DNA from: Gemmatimonadota bacterium
GTDB taxonomy: Bacteria; Gemmatimonadota; Gemmatimonadetes; Gemmatimonadales; GWC2-71-9
Assembly (NCBI GenBank): GCA_039591655.1
Contig: JBDHDE010000006.1
Coordinates: 35,436-99,435, forward strand
DNA: 64,000 bases
Direction of reading: 5' to 3'
The translations under genes were made by a program, and so were the position numbers. This document shows, piece after piece, positions 1 to 10,423 of this stretch; the first letter of the stretch is position 1, and every line of letters begins with the position of its first letter. Under the pieces are notes generated by a model. It was not told where the DNA came from. It did not search any database and saw nothing but the letters and a program-made list of their open reading frames with translations.

Positions 1-1073
1 ATGCTGGCCACCTCCGGGTGGCAATACGTCACGCTGGGCACGTTGTCGTAGCGGATCGGATGGGGCTTCTTGCCCGCGATGAGCTCGGCGACGAACACTC
101 CCTCCCTGCTGCCCTTGTGGGCTAGCATTGGCGGGCCGGCGATGTCCCCGATGGCGTAGAGTCCGTCGGCCGCGGTCCTGAGGTTCTCGTCCACGGCAAT
201 GAACCCCTGGTCGTCGAGCTTCACCCCCGCCTCGTCCAGGCCGAGGTCCTCAGTGTTGAGGGCGCGCCCGGCGCCCATCAGCACCTTCTCCACCTCGAGC
301 TTCTGGGTCTTACCCCCGGCCTCTACGTCCAACACCACCTTGTCGTCGCTCACCTTGGCGCCCTTCACCATGGCGCCGGGGAGCATCGTGATCTTCCGCT
401 TCTTGAAGGTCCGAGCGATGGCAGCCGAGGACTCGGCGTCCTCCAAGGGGAGGATGCGCGGCAGGACCTCGATGAGCGTCACGTCGGTGCCGAATGCATT
501 GAAGATGTCGGCGAACTCGCAACCCACGGCGCCGGCGCCGATGATGGCCAGCGACTTGGGGGCCTTCTCCAGGAAGAGGGCCTCATCGGTTGAGATCACG
601 CTGGTCTTGTTGATCTCGAGTCCCGCCTGGGGCAGTCCCTTCACTCGGGTGCCGGTGGCCAGGACCACGGCCTTGGAGGCCGTATAGGTGTCCTTGCCGA
701 TCTTCACCTTCTTGCCGGCCTTGAGCGTGCCGCTGCCCTGCACGACGGTGACCTGATGCTTCTTCATCAGGAACTCGACACCCTTCGAGTTCTGCTCGCT
801 CACCTGACGGGAGTGCTTGATCGCCGCCCCGAAATCGAGGGATACTTCGCCCACGTTCACACCCAGTCGCTTGGCGTCGTGGCGCACGAGGTTGGCCACA
901 TACGCGCTGTGCAGCAGGGCCTTGCTGGGAATGCAGCCCACGTTGACGCACACCCCACCCATCTTCTCCCGCTCCACCACCGCGGTCTGGAGACCCAGCT
1001 GCGCGGCGCGAATGGCGCAGACGTAGCCGGCGGGCCCGCCGCCGAGAATGATCACGTCGAATGTCTTAGCCAC
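1..1073 (-). CDS. lpdA: Dihydrolipoyl dehydrogenase (E3), 3'-truncated by window edge
   Basis: Not in ORF track. Read by hand from GTG at 1073: MAKTFDVIILGGGPAGYV...GGVCVNVGCIPSK (FAD-binding motif and redox disulfide). Directly downstream of pdhC. Confidence 0.95.
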   Translation of the reverse strand, partial: MAKTFDVIILGGGPAGYVCAIRAAQLGLQTAVVEREKMGGVCVNVGCIPSKALLHSAYVANLVRHDAKRLGVNVGEVSLDFGAAIKHSRQVSEQNSKGVEFLMKKHQVTVVQGSGTLKAGKKVKIGKDTYTASKAVVLATGTRVKGLPQAGLEINKTSVISTDEALFLEKAPKSLAIIGAGAVGCEFADIFNAFGTDVTLIEVLPRILPLEDAESSAAIARTFKKRKITMLPGAMVKGAKVSDDKVVLDVEAGGKTQKLEVEKVLMGAGRALNTEDLGLDEAGVKLDDQGFIAVDENLRTAADGLYAIGDIAGPPMLAHKGSREGVFVAELIAGKKPHPIRYDNVPSVTYCHPEVAS

Positions 1074-1101
1074 GGGTCGTAGTCCTGTGGTCAGTAGGTG
1101 C

Positions 1102-2319
1102 TCAGTAGACGATCGCCAACGGGTTCTCCAGCATCTGCCGCACCGTCTGGAGGAACCGTGCCCCGGTGGCCCCGTCGATAACCCGGTGATCGCAGCTCAT
1201 GGTGATGCGTAAGCGCTTCCCGATCATCAGCTCACCGTCATCGATCACGGGCTTCTCGGTGATGCTCCCGATGGCCAGCAGGCCGGCCTCGGGCGGGTTG
1301 ATGACGCCGGTGAACTGATCGATGTCGAACATGCCGAGGTTGGAGACCGAGAACGTGCCGCCGGTGTACTCCTCCGGCATGAGCTTGCGCTCCCGCGCCT
1401 TCTCGGCCAGGGCCCGCGACTCGACGGCGATGTCGCGCAGCGACTTGAGATGGGCATTGCGGATCACCGGTGTGATGAGCCCGTCGTCGACGGCCACCGC
1501 CACCGAGAGGTGGACCTCGTTGAAGTAGCGGACGGTTCCGTCCTGCCACCAGGCGTTGCACTCCGGGTGCTGCCTCAGCGCGGCCGCCGTCACCTTGAGG
1601 ATGATGTCGTTGAACGAGATGCGGACTCCGTCCTCGTGGGCGTTCAACTCGTCGCGGGCATCGGCCGCCCAGTCCATGTCCACCTCGGTGGTGAGGAAGA
1701 AATGCGGCACGGGGCCGAGGGACTGGACCAGCCGCTTGGCGATGGCCTTGCGCATCTGGCTGAGCTCCACGTCCTCGTAGCCTCCCACCGGGAGTGGCGT
1801 CGCGGCCGCCGGAGCCTCCTCGAGATCCCGCGCCACGATCCGGCCGCCCGGTCCCGAGCCCTGTACCCGGCCGATGTCGAGCCCCCGCTCGGTGGCCATG
1901 CGTCGCGCGAGCGGGGAGGCCTTGAACCGGTCTGCCGGCTTGGTTGGTGCAGCCGGCTCCGCGCCGCCCTCGGGGGTCGGCGCGGGTGCGGCGGCGGGAG
2001 CTCCCTTCTTCGCAGCTCTCGTCTTCGGCGCCTGCTGCTTGCCGTCGCCTGCATCGGCGATGAGCGCATCGATATCCTCGTCCGGCTCGGCGATCACGGC
2101 GACGATCCGTCCCACCTCGATGGTGGATCCCTCGGGGGCGAAGATCTTGCGCAGCACGCCGGCGCCTCGTGCTTGCAGCTCCATCACCGCCTTGTCGGTC
2201 TCGACCTCGGCGAGGATGTCCCCGTCGTTCACCCGGTCGCCTTCCTGTTTCTGCCAGGACAGGACCTTGCCCTCCTCCATCGTGGGGGAGAGCGCTTCCA
2301 TGAAGACTCTAGTTGCCAT
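1102..2319 (-). CDS. pdhC: Pyruvate dehydrogenase E2, dihydrolipoamide acetyltransferase
   Basis: Single lipoyl domain (EVETDKA), E3-binding ASPLARR, catalytic DHRVIDG. Confidence 0.95.
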   Translation of the reverse strand: MATRVFMEALSPTMEEGKVLSWQKQEGDRVNDGDILAEVETDKAVMELQARGAGVLRKIFAPEGSTIEVGRIVAVIAEPDEDIDALIADAGDGKQQAPKTRAAKKGAPAAAPAPTPEGGAEPAAPTKPADRFKASPLARRMATERGLDIGRVQGSGPGGRIVARDLEEAPAAATPLPVGGYEDVELSQMRKAIAKRLVQSLGPVPHFFLTTEVDMDWAADARDELNAHEDGVRISFNDIILKVTAAALRQHPECNAWWQDGTVRYFNEVHLSVAVAVDDGLITPVIRNAHLKSLRDIAVESRALAEKARERKLMPEEYTGGTFSVSNLGMFDIDQFTGVINPPEAGLLAIGSITEKPVIDDGELMIGKRLRITMSCDHRVIDGATGARFLQTVRQMLENPLAIVY

Positions 2320-3298
2320 CGAGGTAGGTCACTTTCTTGACGGCCGCGATCACATCGTCGGGGCTCGGCTTGGCTGCTCGTTCGAGGACCTTGTTGTACG
2401 GCATCGGCACGTCGGCACTCGTCACCCGTAGCACGGGCGCGTCGAGCGCGTCGAACGCCTCGCGCTGGATGTCGTCCACCACCTGCGCGCCCACTCCGCA
2501 GAACGGCCAGCCCTCCTCCACGATCACGCAGCGGTGGGTCTTCTGCACGCTCCGGACGATGGCGGAAACGTCCAGCGGGCGGATCGTGCGCAAGTCCACG
2601 ACCTCCGCATCGACGTCCAGCTCGGCGGCGAGCTGCTCGGCCGCCTTGTGTGCCACCCCCACCGTCTTGGAGTGGCAGATTATGGTCACGTCGGAGCCGT
2701 CCCGCTTCACGTCTGCCTTCCCCAGCGGCACCACGTATTCCTCGTCAGGGACCTCGCCCTTGGTGTTGTACAGCATCTCCCCCTCGAGGAACACGACGGG
2801 GTTGTCATCGCGGATTGCCGACTTGAGGAGGCCCTTCGCGTCGTGGGGGGTGGCCGGCGCCACGACCTTGAGACCGGGGATGTGGGCATACCAGGACTCG
2901 AACGCCTGTGAGTGCTGCGCCGCCAACTGCAGCGCCGCCCCCCCAGGGCCACGAAACACGATGGGCATCGTTATCTGCCCGCCCGACATGTAGAGCAGCT
3001 TGGCTGCAGAGTTCACCACCTGGTCGATCGCGAGCAGCGCGAAGTTCCAGGTCATGAACTCGATCACGGGCCTCAAGCCCACCATCGCCGCACCCACGCC
3101 GACCCCGGCGAATCCGTTCTCGGCGATAGGCGTATCCACCACCCGTCGCTCGCCGAACGCCTCCAACAGCCCGCGGCTCACCTTGTAGGCGCCCTGATAC
3201 ACGCCTACCTCCTCGCCCATCAGGAAGACGTCGGGGTCGCGCTCCATCTCTTCTCGGAGCGCCTGGTTCAGGGCGTCGCGGCAGGTAATCGTCGGCAT
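2309..3298 (-). CDS. pdhB: Pyruvate dehydrogenase E1 beta subunit
   Basis: Start trimmed to ATG 3298 (MPTITCRDALNQAL). Motifs DTPIAE, EFMTWNF, AAQHSQ. Confidence 0.95.
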   Translation of the reverse strand: MPTITCRDALNQALREEMERDPDVFLMGEEVGVYQGAYKVSRGLLEAFGERRVVDTPIAENGFAGVGVGAAMVGLRPVIEFMTWNFALLAIDQVVNSAAKLLYMSGGQITMPIVFRGPGGAALQLAAQHSQAFESWYAHIPGLKVVAPATPHDAKGLLKSAIRDDNPVVFLEGEMLYNTKGEVPDEEYVVPLGKADVKRDGSDVTIICHSKTVGVAHKAAEQLAAELDVDAEVVDLRTIRPLDVSAIVRSVQKTHRCVIVEEGWPFCGVGAQVVDDIQREAFDALDAPVLRVTSADVPMPYNKVLERAAKPSPDDVIAAVKKVTYLDGN

Positions 3299-4296
3299 CA
3301 GTCGCGGTACACGTCGGTGAAGAGAGCGTCGGGCTCGGGATCGGGGCTCTCGTCGGCGAACGCCACGGCGTCCTCGACCTCTTCCATCGCCCGTCGGTCC
3401 ATTGCCGCGAACTCCTCGTCGTTCATGATCTCGTCGGCTGCGAGGCGCGCCTGGAGCTGCACGATGGGATCCTTCTGCTTCTGCTCCTCGAGCTCCTCCT
3501 TCGTCCGGTAGTGCCCGTGGATGGGGTCGGCCATCGAGTGCCCCATGTAGCGATAGGTGCGCGCCTCGATGAGGGTCGGCGCCTGCTCCTCGCGGGCCCG
3601 CTCGACGGCCCGAGTCGTTGCCTCGTACACCGCCAGGACGTCCATCCCGTCGGCAATCTCCTCGGCCATGTTGTACGAGCAGGCACGCCGGTACACGTCC
3701 CATACAGCAGCCGCGCGCTCCAGCGCGGTGCCCATGCCGTAGCGGTTGTTCTCGCACACGAACACCACCGGCAGCTCCCACAGCGCCGCCATGTTCAGTG
3801 TCTCGTGGAAGGCGCCGATGTTGACGGCCGCTTCGCCGAAGAAGCAGACGGCGACCTGATTGGTCTCCCGGTACTTGGCGGCGAACGCCGCGCCGGCTGC
3901 TAGCGGAAGATGGGCGCCGACGATCCCGTGACCACCCAGGAAATTCCGCTCCATGTCGAACAGGTGCATCGAGCCGCCCTTGCCCATGGAGCAGCCGTCC
4001 ACCCGGCCGAACAACTCGGCCATCACGGTCCCCGGGCTGGTGCCCCGGAGGATGATGTGGGCATGTGACCGGTAGCTGGCGAAGACGTAGTCGTCGTCAC
4101 GCAGGGCCGCGAGGGCGCCGACCGCCACCGCCTCCTGGCCGATATACAGGTGGCAGAAGCCGCCGATCTTCCCCTGGGCGTAGGCCTCCCCCGCCTTCTC
4201 CTCGAAACGCCGCACCAGCAGCATCTGCCGCATGAGGTCGCGGTAGAACTCGGCGCGGGCCGGATCGAGATGCATCTCCCTAATCGGTTGTGCCAC
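3298..4296 (-). CDS. pdhA: Pyruvate dehydrogenase E1 alpha subunit
   Basis: GFCHLYIGQEA, GKGGSMH, TPP-binding GEAA...ENN, YRYMGHSMAD. Confidence 0.95.
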   Translation of the reverse strand: MAQPIREMHLDPARAEFYRDLMRQMLLVRRFEEKAGEAYAQGKIGGFCHLYIGQEAVAVGALAALRDDDYVFASYRSHAHIILRGTSPGTVMAELFGRVDGCSMGKGGSMHLFDMERNFLGGHGIVGAHLPLAAGAAFAAKYRETNQVAVCFFGEAAVNIGAFHETLNMAALWELPVVFVCENNRYGMGTALERAAAVWDVYRRACSYNMAEEIADGMDVLAVYEATTRAVERAREEQAPTLIEARTYRYMGHSMADPIHGHYRTKEELEEQKQKDPIVQLQARLAADEIMNDEEFAAMDRRAMEEVEDAVAFADESPDPEPDALFTDVYRD

Positions 4297-4314
4297 GTTG
4301 GTTCTCCGGGTGGG

Positions 4315-5223
4315 TCAGACCGCGGCGCGCTGCACCTGCTCCCAGGCGTGATAGGAGGAGCGGACCAGCGGTCCCGCCTCGACGTGACGGTATCCCATCT
4401 GACCGCCGAGCGCTGCGAGCTCGGTGAACTCGCCCGGCGTGTAGAAGCGGGCCACCGGAAGGTGGCTGCCCGACGGGCGCAGATACTGCCCCAGGGTGAG
4501 GAGGTCTACGTCCTGCGCCCTGATGTCGCGCATGGCCACGAGCAGCTCGTCCCACTCCTCGCCCAGGCCGCACATCATACCCGACTTGGTGACCAGCCCG
4601 GGGTCCATCTCCTTGGCTCGCCGGAGCAGTCGCAGGGCGCGATCGTAGCGGCCCCCCGGCCGCGCGATGCGGTAGAGACGGGCGACGGTCTCGAGGTTGT
4701 GATTCAGGACGTCCGGTTGGGCGTCCACCACTATCTGGAGCGCGGCGTCCGAGCCCTTGAAGTCGGGAATCAGCAGCTCGACCGACGTCTCGGGCAACCG
4801 CTCGCGGATCTCGCTCACGCACCCGGCAAACGCCTCGGCTCCGCCGTTGGGCAGGTCGTCGCGGTCCACGCTGGTGATCACGACGTGCTTGAGCTCCATT
4901 GCCGCAACAGCTTCGGCGAGCCGCACCGGCTCCTCCGGATCGTAGGGATCCGGCGTGCCGTGGGCCACGGCGCAGTAGGCGCAGTTGCGGGTGCAGACGT
5001 CGCCCAGGATCATGAACGTGGCCGCTCGGTGCTCCCAACACTCGCCGATGTTGGGGCAGTGGGCTTCCTCGCACACCGTGTTGAGCTTGAGTTCCCGCAT
5101 CAGGTGCTTGATTCCCACGTAGGCGCCGCCACCGGGCGCCTTCACCTTGAGCCACGGCGGCTTCCTGAGCGGCTGGCTCTCGCCCGTTGGGCGGTTGCGG
5201 GAGGTGAGCTGGACCAAGTCCAT
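4315..5223 (-). CDS. lipA: Lipoyl synthase
   Basis: CEEAHCPNIGEC, radical-SAM CTRNCAYC, C-terminal RSSY. Confidence 0.97.
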   Translation of the reverse strand: MDLVQLTSRNRPTGESQPLRKPPWLKVKAPGGGAYVGIKHLMRELKLNTVCEEAHCPNIGECWEHRAATFMILGDVCTRNCAYCAVAHGTPDPYDPEEPVRLAEAVAAMELKHVVITSVDRDDLPNGGAEAFAGCVSEIRERLPETSVELLIPDFKGSDAALQIVVDAQPDVLNHNLETVARLYRIARPGGRYDRALRLLRRAKEMDPGLVTKSGMMCGLGEEWDELLVAMRDIRAQDVDLLTLGQYLRPSGSHLPVARFYTPGEFTELAALGGQMGYRHVEAGPLVRSSYHAWEQVQRAAV

Positions 5224-5325
5224 AAGGCGCGAAACTTAGCGACGCTTTGAAGGTGAAACCAGCGCTGCGTCAACTACTTGGTTGAAACCGAGCCGAACCC
5301 CCCCCGGGTTCCCGGCTCCTCGGGG

Positions 5326-6435
5326 CTACTCGGTGTCGAACCGGGCGGGATCCAGGGAGCTGAGGTCGAGCTCGAGGTCCTCCTCCACGTAGAGGCGGGC
5401 CAGAATATCTCCCGTCATGGCGGCGAGGAGGATGCCGTTGCGGCCGTGGCCCGTGGCGTACCACAGGTTGGGGACGTGGGGATCGGTACCGATGAGAGGC
5501 CGTCCGTCGGGCGTCACGGGTCTGAGGCCGGCCCAGGTACGCAGCACCGGCGCCCCCGTGAGGGCCGGATAGATGCGACGCATGATGCGGTAGACCTGGC
5601 GCAGCCCATCCTCGGTCGTGCCGGTGGCGAACCCGGCATGCTCCATGGTGGAGCCGGCGATGGCCTCGCCGCCGCGCTCCATCACGTAGCCGCCGCCGCC
5701 GTACACGATCGCCCCCGGCTCCCCATCAGGCCACGACAGGGCGGCCATCTGGCCTCGAATCGGCTCCACGGGAATGGGCCGGGGCAGCCCCTCGAGGCGG
5801 CCGGACCAGCACCCCGCGGCGACGACCACCGCCCCCGCCGCTCGCTCGCCGGAGCCGGTGCGCACCCCCTGTGCGCGGCCCTCCTCGATCAGCAGGCCTT
5901 CGGCCTGCTCGTCCTCCACCAGGGTGGCACCGTTGAGGGCGGCGGCCCGCAGCAGGGCATCCCTGAGCGCCATGGGCTCGAGCCCCCCATCCTCTGGAGC
6001 CAGGGCGCCGCCCTGGGCCTCCGGGCCGATGCCGGGCACCAGCTTCCGTACCTCGTCCTGGGAGAGCCATTCCGTGGCGAACCCGCTCTGGCGCTGCCAG
6101 GCGATGGCGCCTTTGAGGTTCGAAGCTTCCTCCTCGCTGAATGCCACCTGGAGGATCCCCTCGGTGCGCAGCCCGATGTCGATTCCCGTCTCTTCCCGGA
6201 GTACCGGCGCCAGGTCGTTGTACAGGTCCCGGGCCCGCACGCTGAGGCCCAGCAGGGGATCCTCCTGCTCCGCCTCGGCGAACGGCGCGAGCATGCCCCC
6301 GGCCGCCGGAGTGGCCGCACCGGGCCTGGGGCCCGGGGCGATCACGGTGACGGCCACTTCCCGCTGGGCCAGGGCGTGGGCGCACGCGGCGCCGATCACG
6401 CCGCCCCCCACTATCAGGACGTCCGGTTGGGTCAT
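5326..6435 (-). CDS. thiO: Glycine oxidase ThiO / DAO-family FAD oxidoreductase
   Basis: GGGVIG FAD motif, AAGGMLAP, WAGLRP, GHGRNGILLA. Confidence 0.8.
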   Translation of the reverse strand: MTQPDVLIVGGGVIGAACAHALAQREVAVTVIAPGPRPGAATPAAGGMLAPFAEAEQEDPLLGLSVRARDLYNDLAPVLREETGIDIGLRTEGILQVAFSEEEASNLKGAIAWQRQSGFATEWLSQDEVRKLVPGIGPEAQGGALAPEDGGLEPMALRDALLRAAALNGATLVEDEQAEGLLIEEGRAQGVRTGSGERAAGAVVVAAGCWSGRLEGLPRPIPVEPIRGQMAALSWPDGEPGAIVYGGGGYVMERGGEAIAGSTMEHAGFATGTTEDGLRQVYRIMRRIYPALTGAPVLRTWAGLRPVTPDGRPLIGTDPHVPNLWYATGHGRNGILLAAMTGDILARLYVEEDLELDLSSLDPARFDTE

Positions 6436-6512
6436 GGCGAGCCTTGAGGCGAAACTCCGCCGGGCATAGGTTCGTAGAGTACGGTGGACGTTTTCAGCGT
6501 CGGAGGCAAGTC

Positions 6513-6731
6513 ATGGTGCGCGCGCTCGTTGGTTACGCGGTGCTGGCCATCGTCGGGATCATCGCGATCAAGCTGCTGTTCGGGGCCCTGAGCATCGTCT
6601 GGAGTCTGATCTGGGCGGTCCTGTGGCTGGCGTTACTCGGGTTCGTGTTCTACCTGATCCTCAAGGTCGTGAGCCCACCGACGGCCAAGAAGATCAAGGA
6701 TGCGGTTCGCGGCCCGGAGGACTCGGGGTAG
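6513..6731 (+). CDS. Small membrane protein, hypothetical
   Basis: GGAGG RBS upstream of ATG 6513; two hydrophobic segments. Confidence 0.7.
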   Translation: MVRALVGYAVLAIVGIIAIKLLFGALSIVWSLIWAVLWLALLGFVFYLILKVVSPPTAKKIKDAVRGPEDSG

Positions 6732-6760
6732 TAATCCGAGCGTTGTAGTGGGAAAGTGAC

Positions 6761-6783
6761 ACGGGGCCCCATCGGGGCCCCGT
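6761..6783. terminator. Hairpin between convergent genes
   Basis: Perfect 10-bp inverted repeat ACGGGGCCCC-atc-GGGGCCCCGT; weak U-tract. Confidence 0.55.
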
Positions 6784-6804
6784 TCGCATCTCGGCCGGTC
6801 TCCG

Positions 6805-7584
6805 TCAGCTCCCCGCCTCTACCATCTCCGAGGGGGGCTCCTCTGCGATCTCCCGCAGTCGCAGGGTGATGGTGGCGATCGAGGCGAACTTCACCTTCAG
6901 CTGCACCATGATGCGCCGCTCGTCGTCGCTCAGCCACATGCGGGGCTCCTTGGCCTCGGCGAGAATGCCCCGCCCCTGGATGATCGGGCGCACGACGATC
7001 GTAGGGAAGCGGCCCGCAGGGAGGTCCAGCGTGTCGCGACCCAGCACCTCCAGCACCACTGGATTGCGATCGGGCCGGAAGTAGCGGTGGAACTCGTAGC
7101 GCTCGCCCTCCTCGAGCTCCACGGTCCGCACGAAATAGAAGAACGCCGCGTCGTCCAACGGGTCCGCCGAGGTGGGGAGTGCCACGGCCGACCCTTCCTG
7201 CCGGTAGAACCCCGAGTCCGGGTAGATCTCGTAGGCCGTGTACCGCTCGGTGTCGCCCTCGAGGAAGTCCTGGACGAAGCGCCGCGAGGCGAAGTCGTGC
7301 AGGCCGACCCACGAGTCCAGGCGGTCGTTGATGCGGTAGAAGAACGACCCTCCCCGGAGCACGAACACCATGTGCTTGGACGGCACGCCGCGCACCGTGT
7401 CAATGCCAGCGACGTGCATCATTCCCCTCCCGAGCGTGAGCAGGCCGAAGCGCGCGTCGTACAGCAGCGTCTCCCCCACCGGGAACTGCTCGGTCAGGTC
7501 GGTGGCCGAGTCCGCCGCCGTCTGCCCGGCAACGGGAGCCGCGAGCCATATCACGGCGGCGGTCGAGAGCAGCGTGCGTCGCAT
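6805..7584 (-). CDS. DUF3108-like secreted protein
   Basis: Start trimmed to MRRTLL. Signal peptide; GETLLY, PAGRF, WLSDDERRIMV motifs typical of DUF3108. Confidence 0.75.
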   Translation of the reverse strand: MRRTLLSTAAVIWLAAPVAGQTAADSATDLTEQFPVGETLLYDARFGLLTLGRGMMHVAGIDTVRGVPSKHMVFVLRGGSFFYRINDRLDSWVGLHDFASRRFVQDFLEGDTERYTAYEIYPDSGFYRQEGSAVALPTSADPLDDAAFFYFVRTVELEEGERYEFHRYFRPDRNPVVLEVLGRDTLDLPAGRFPTIVVRPIIQGRGILAEAKEPRMWLSDDERRIMVQLKVKFASIATITLRLREIAEEPPSEMVEAGS

Positions 7585-7589
7585 GGTCC

Positions 7590-8342
7590 TCAGGAGCGTT
7601 GGATGGTCGCGGTCGGGGGCGGGATCCTGAGCCGCCGACCGGCACGGAACAGGTCGAGGGCCAAGGAGACGGCCTCTCCCACTGAGCCCGCCGCCGCCAG
7701 AGCCTCCGGGCGAGCCGGGGCCTCGACGGTCGCGATCTGGCGCGCGCCGGCCGCGGCCCGCGCCACCAGCTCGGGGTACGCCGAGGCGCCCTCCGTCTCC
7801 AGGAGTCCGTCGGCGTTGTCCTTGAGGCAGTTCCTGAGGGTGATGAGCCGAATCAGGCACACACCGGACGTCAGGTCGCGGATTCCCGGAAGCGAGAGGC
7901 CCGGCCGCAGGAGCCAGGCGGCGGAGCGCTGCACCAGGCGCATGCCGAGCGGTCGCTCAGGTGCCGGGGCCTCCCCCACGACGACATCCGCTCCCGACTC
8001 GAACCGCCGGACGAGCTCCGGCAGGACGGCGGGGGAGACGGAGAAATCTGCCGGGAGCGTCACCACGCAGTCGCGCTTCGGCCGGTCGCTGCGCGCCAGG
8101 GCGTCCCGCAGGAGAGCATCCAGCGCCGCCGCGTACCCCCGGGGCCTCTCCTGCCGGAGGAGCTCCATCGGGAGGGCGCGCTGGTAGGTCTCCAGGGTCT
8201 CCGTAGTCCCATCGGTGGAGGCATCGTCCGCCACCAGGATGTGATACTCCCGGGGGAACTCCTCGAAGACCTTGCGGAGCTTCCAGAGGACCAACCCCAC
8301 GGTGCCGGCCTGATTGCGTGCAGCGACGCAGACGTAGATCAC
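7590..8342 (-). CDS. Glycosyltransferase family 2-like protein
   Basis: ILVADDASTDGT motif; DxD region reads LPAD (atypical). Confidence 0.75.
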   Translation of the reverse strand: MIYVCVAARNQAGTVGLVLWKLRKVFEEFPREYHILVADDASTDGTTETLETYQRALPMELLRQERPRGYAAALDALLRDALARSDRPKRDCVVTLPADFSVSPAVLPELVRRFESGADVVVGEAPAPERPLGMRLVQRSAAWLLRPGLSLPGIRDLTSGVCLIRLITLRNCLKDNADGLLETEGASAYPELVARAAAGARQIATVEAPARPEALAAAGSVGEAVSLALDLFRAGRRLRIPPPTATIQRS

Positions 8343-8473
8343 TTGTAGCGCTCTCTCCCTCCGTGGCGCCTCGAGTCGTGAGCCGCGTGGGCGGCGTGGC
8401 GAGGTCGCATCCGACCCCCTCCCAGCGATACGCCGCTGGGCGGCGTAAGGTCCGGAGAGGACTGCAATCTACA

Positions 8474-10423
8474 TCACTCGGCTGTGGCGTTGACCAATGC
8501 CGTGCGGAGCTCCGCGAGGGTGAACGGCTTGCGCAGGAACGGCCGGCCTGCGGCCTCGAGGAACTTCAGGGTATCGCCCCCCACGGTGTCACCCGTCGAG
8601 AAGACGACGTGCCGGGCAATGTCGGGGCGCTCGCGCTCCAGCGTCTCGTACAGCTCTCGGCCCCCGAGTTCCGGCATGCGGAGATCGGTGATGATCACGT
8701 CGAACGGGTGGGTGGCGGTCTGGGCGAGAGCCTCGGTGCCGTTGGAGGCCACCGCCACCGTGTGGCCCCAGGCCTCGAGGGTCGCGCGCATGTAGTGGAT
8801 GATGTGAGGCTCGTCGTCCACTACCAGGACGCTGAGCTGGCCCGGCTCGACCGTGGGCTCCTCGACCGTCGCAGCGGGACGGCCACCGCCGGGGAGCTCG
8901 ACCCGGAACACGGCCCCGGCCTCGTCTCCTGGCGAGTAGGACATCCGCCCGCCGTGCTCCTTGATGATGCCCTGGCAGATGGAGAGCCCGAGCCCCGTGC
9001 CGCCGCCCTCGGGCCTGGTGGTGAAGAACGGCTCGAAGATCCGCTCGGCGACTTCTCCCGGGATGCCGGGCCCGTCGTCGGCCACGGTGACGGCCACACC
9101 ATCGAGCCACTTGGTGGCGCCCACGGTCACGCGGCTGCCGACACCGGAGGCATGCATCACCTGCGCCGCGTTGTGTACCAGGTTCACGAACACCTGCTGG
9201 ATCTGATTGGCGTCCACCTGGACGTTGGGCAGATCGTCGTCCAACTGCAGCTCCATCTCGATCTTGGCCGCCATGAGCTGATTGTTGAGCAGCGTGAGCG
9301 TGGCGTCGAGGATGGGACCTATGGGTTGCGAGCTCCGCTGGCCCTCCTGCTTGCGGGCGAAGTTGAGCAGGTGTCGCACGATACTGGCCGCGCGCTCAGC
9401 CTCCTGCCGGATGGCCTCCAGGGGATGCCGCATCTTCTCGGGCGGGTCGCCCTCCTCTACCAGGTAGTCGGCGAATCCCACCACGGAGGCCAGGGGGTTG
9501 TTGAGGTCGTGCGCCACCCCGGCGATGAGCTGCCCGATGGCCGACATCTTCTCCGACTGGATCAGCTGTTCCTGCAGCTGCCGCTTATCGGTCTGGTCCT
9601 CGAACACGAGGACGGAGGTACCCCCGGGCTCGGCCAGGGAGAGCGCCGAGACGGTGAAGGTGCGCGGGCCCGACTTGATCTCGAACTGGGTGTGGGTGCC
9701 GGCGGCGGCGAGGGCGCGGCCGACTGGGTCCGCCCAGTGCTCGGGGAGCACCGAGTACCAGGGCCGGCCCGCGACGGCCGTCACCGGCACGTGGGCGATC
9801 ACGCTGAACGCCCGATTGGCGCGCCGGATGGAGCCCTGCTCGTCAACCACGCAGAACGCCTGGCCGATGGCATCTACGGTCTGCTCCCACTCGCCCTTGC
9901 CGCTCGAGATGAGCTTCACGAGCCGGGCGTTCTCCAGGGCGACGCCGAGGAGCGCGTTTGCCGCCCGCAGGAAGTCGAGATGGAGCGGCGTGAAGTGTCC
10001 CGGTGTCGCCGCCGTCGCCGAGACCGCCCCAACTACCCGCCCGACGGCCGCAATGGGCGCTCCCACCCAGGAGCCGAACCGCGGCTCCAGGTTCAGCCCC
10101 AGCTGGGCCAGCCTGTCCGCCGTGACCTGCGATAGCACTCGTGGGCCGTCACTGCTGACTACGCGTACGAGTGGATCATCCGCCCGGGCATCGGCATACT
10201 GATAGGTGTAGGCCACGCGTGACGTGCCCGTATCGGGGTCGGTGAGGACGATGAGGAGCGTGTCGGGATTGAGGATGTTGCGGAGCGTGGGGGCAATCTG
10301 GTTCACGGCGGCGGCGGCGTCATACATCCCGGCCAGCTGTTCGGCCAGGAGTGTCAGGATCGCGAACGCCGAGGAGCCGGCGCCGTGAAGCGGTGGACTA
10401 CCTGTTCCGAGAGGTTGCGACAT
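8474..10423 (-). CDS. Hybrid sensor histidine kinase (GAF-PAS-HisKA-HATPase-REC); start uncertain
   Basis: H-box AHDLNNPL, N-box NLVHNA, DDGPG, FEPFFTT, GTGLGL; receiver VVDDE...DLRMP...KPF. Confidence 0.9.
   Translation of the reverse strand: MSQPLGTGSPPLHGAGSSAFAILTLLAEQLAGMYDAAAAVNQIAPTLRNILNPDTLLIVLTDPDTGTSRVAYTYQYADARADDPLVRVVSSDGPRVLSQVTADRLAQLGLNLEPRFGSWVGAPIAAVGRVVGAVSATAATPGHFTPLHLDFLRAANALLGVALENARLVKLISSGKGEWEQTVDAIGQAFCVVDEQGSIRRANRAFSVIAHVPVTAVAGRPWYSVLPEHWADPVGRALAAAGTHTQFEIKSGPRTFTVSALSLAEPGGTSVLVFEDQTDKRQLQEQLIQSEKMSAIGQLIAGVAHDLNNPLASVVGFADYLVEEGDPPEKMRHPLEAIRQEAERAASIVRHLLNFARKQEGQRSSQPIGPILDATLTLLNNQLMAAKIEMELQLDDDLPNVQVDANQIQQVFVNLVHNAAQVMHASGVGSRVTVGATKWLDGVAVTVADDGPGIPGEVAERIFEPFFTTRPEGGGTGLGLSICQGIIKEHGGRMSYSPGDEAGAVFRVELPGGGRPAATVEEPTVEPGQLSVLVVDDEPHIIHYMRATLEAWGHTVAVASNGTEALAQTATHPFDVIITDLRMPELGGRELYETLERERPDIARHVVFSTGDTVGGDTLKFLEAAGRPFLRKPFTLAELRTALVNATAE

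Noticed and set aside
8318..10135. Long antisense and alternate-frame ORFs (also 18212-19987, 56066-57652, 43213-44616 and others)
   Set aside because: Shadow ORFs expected opposite high-GC genes; no recognisable motifs.
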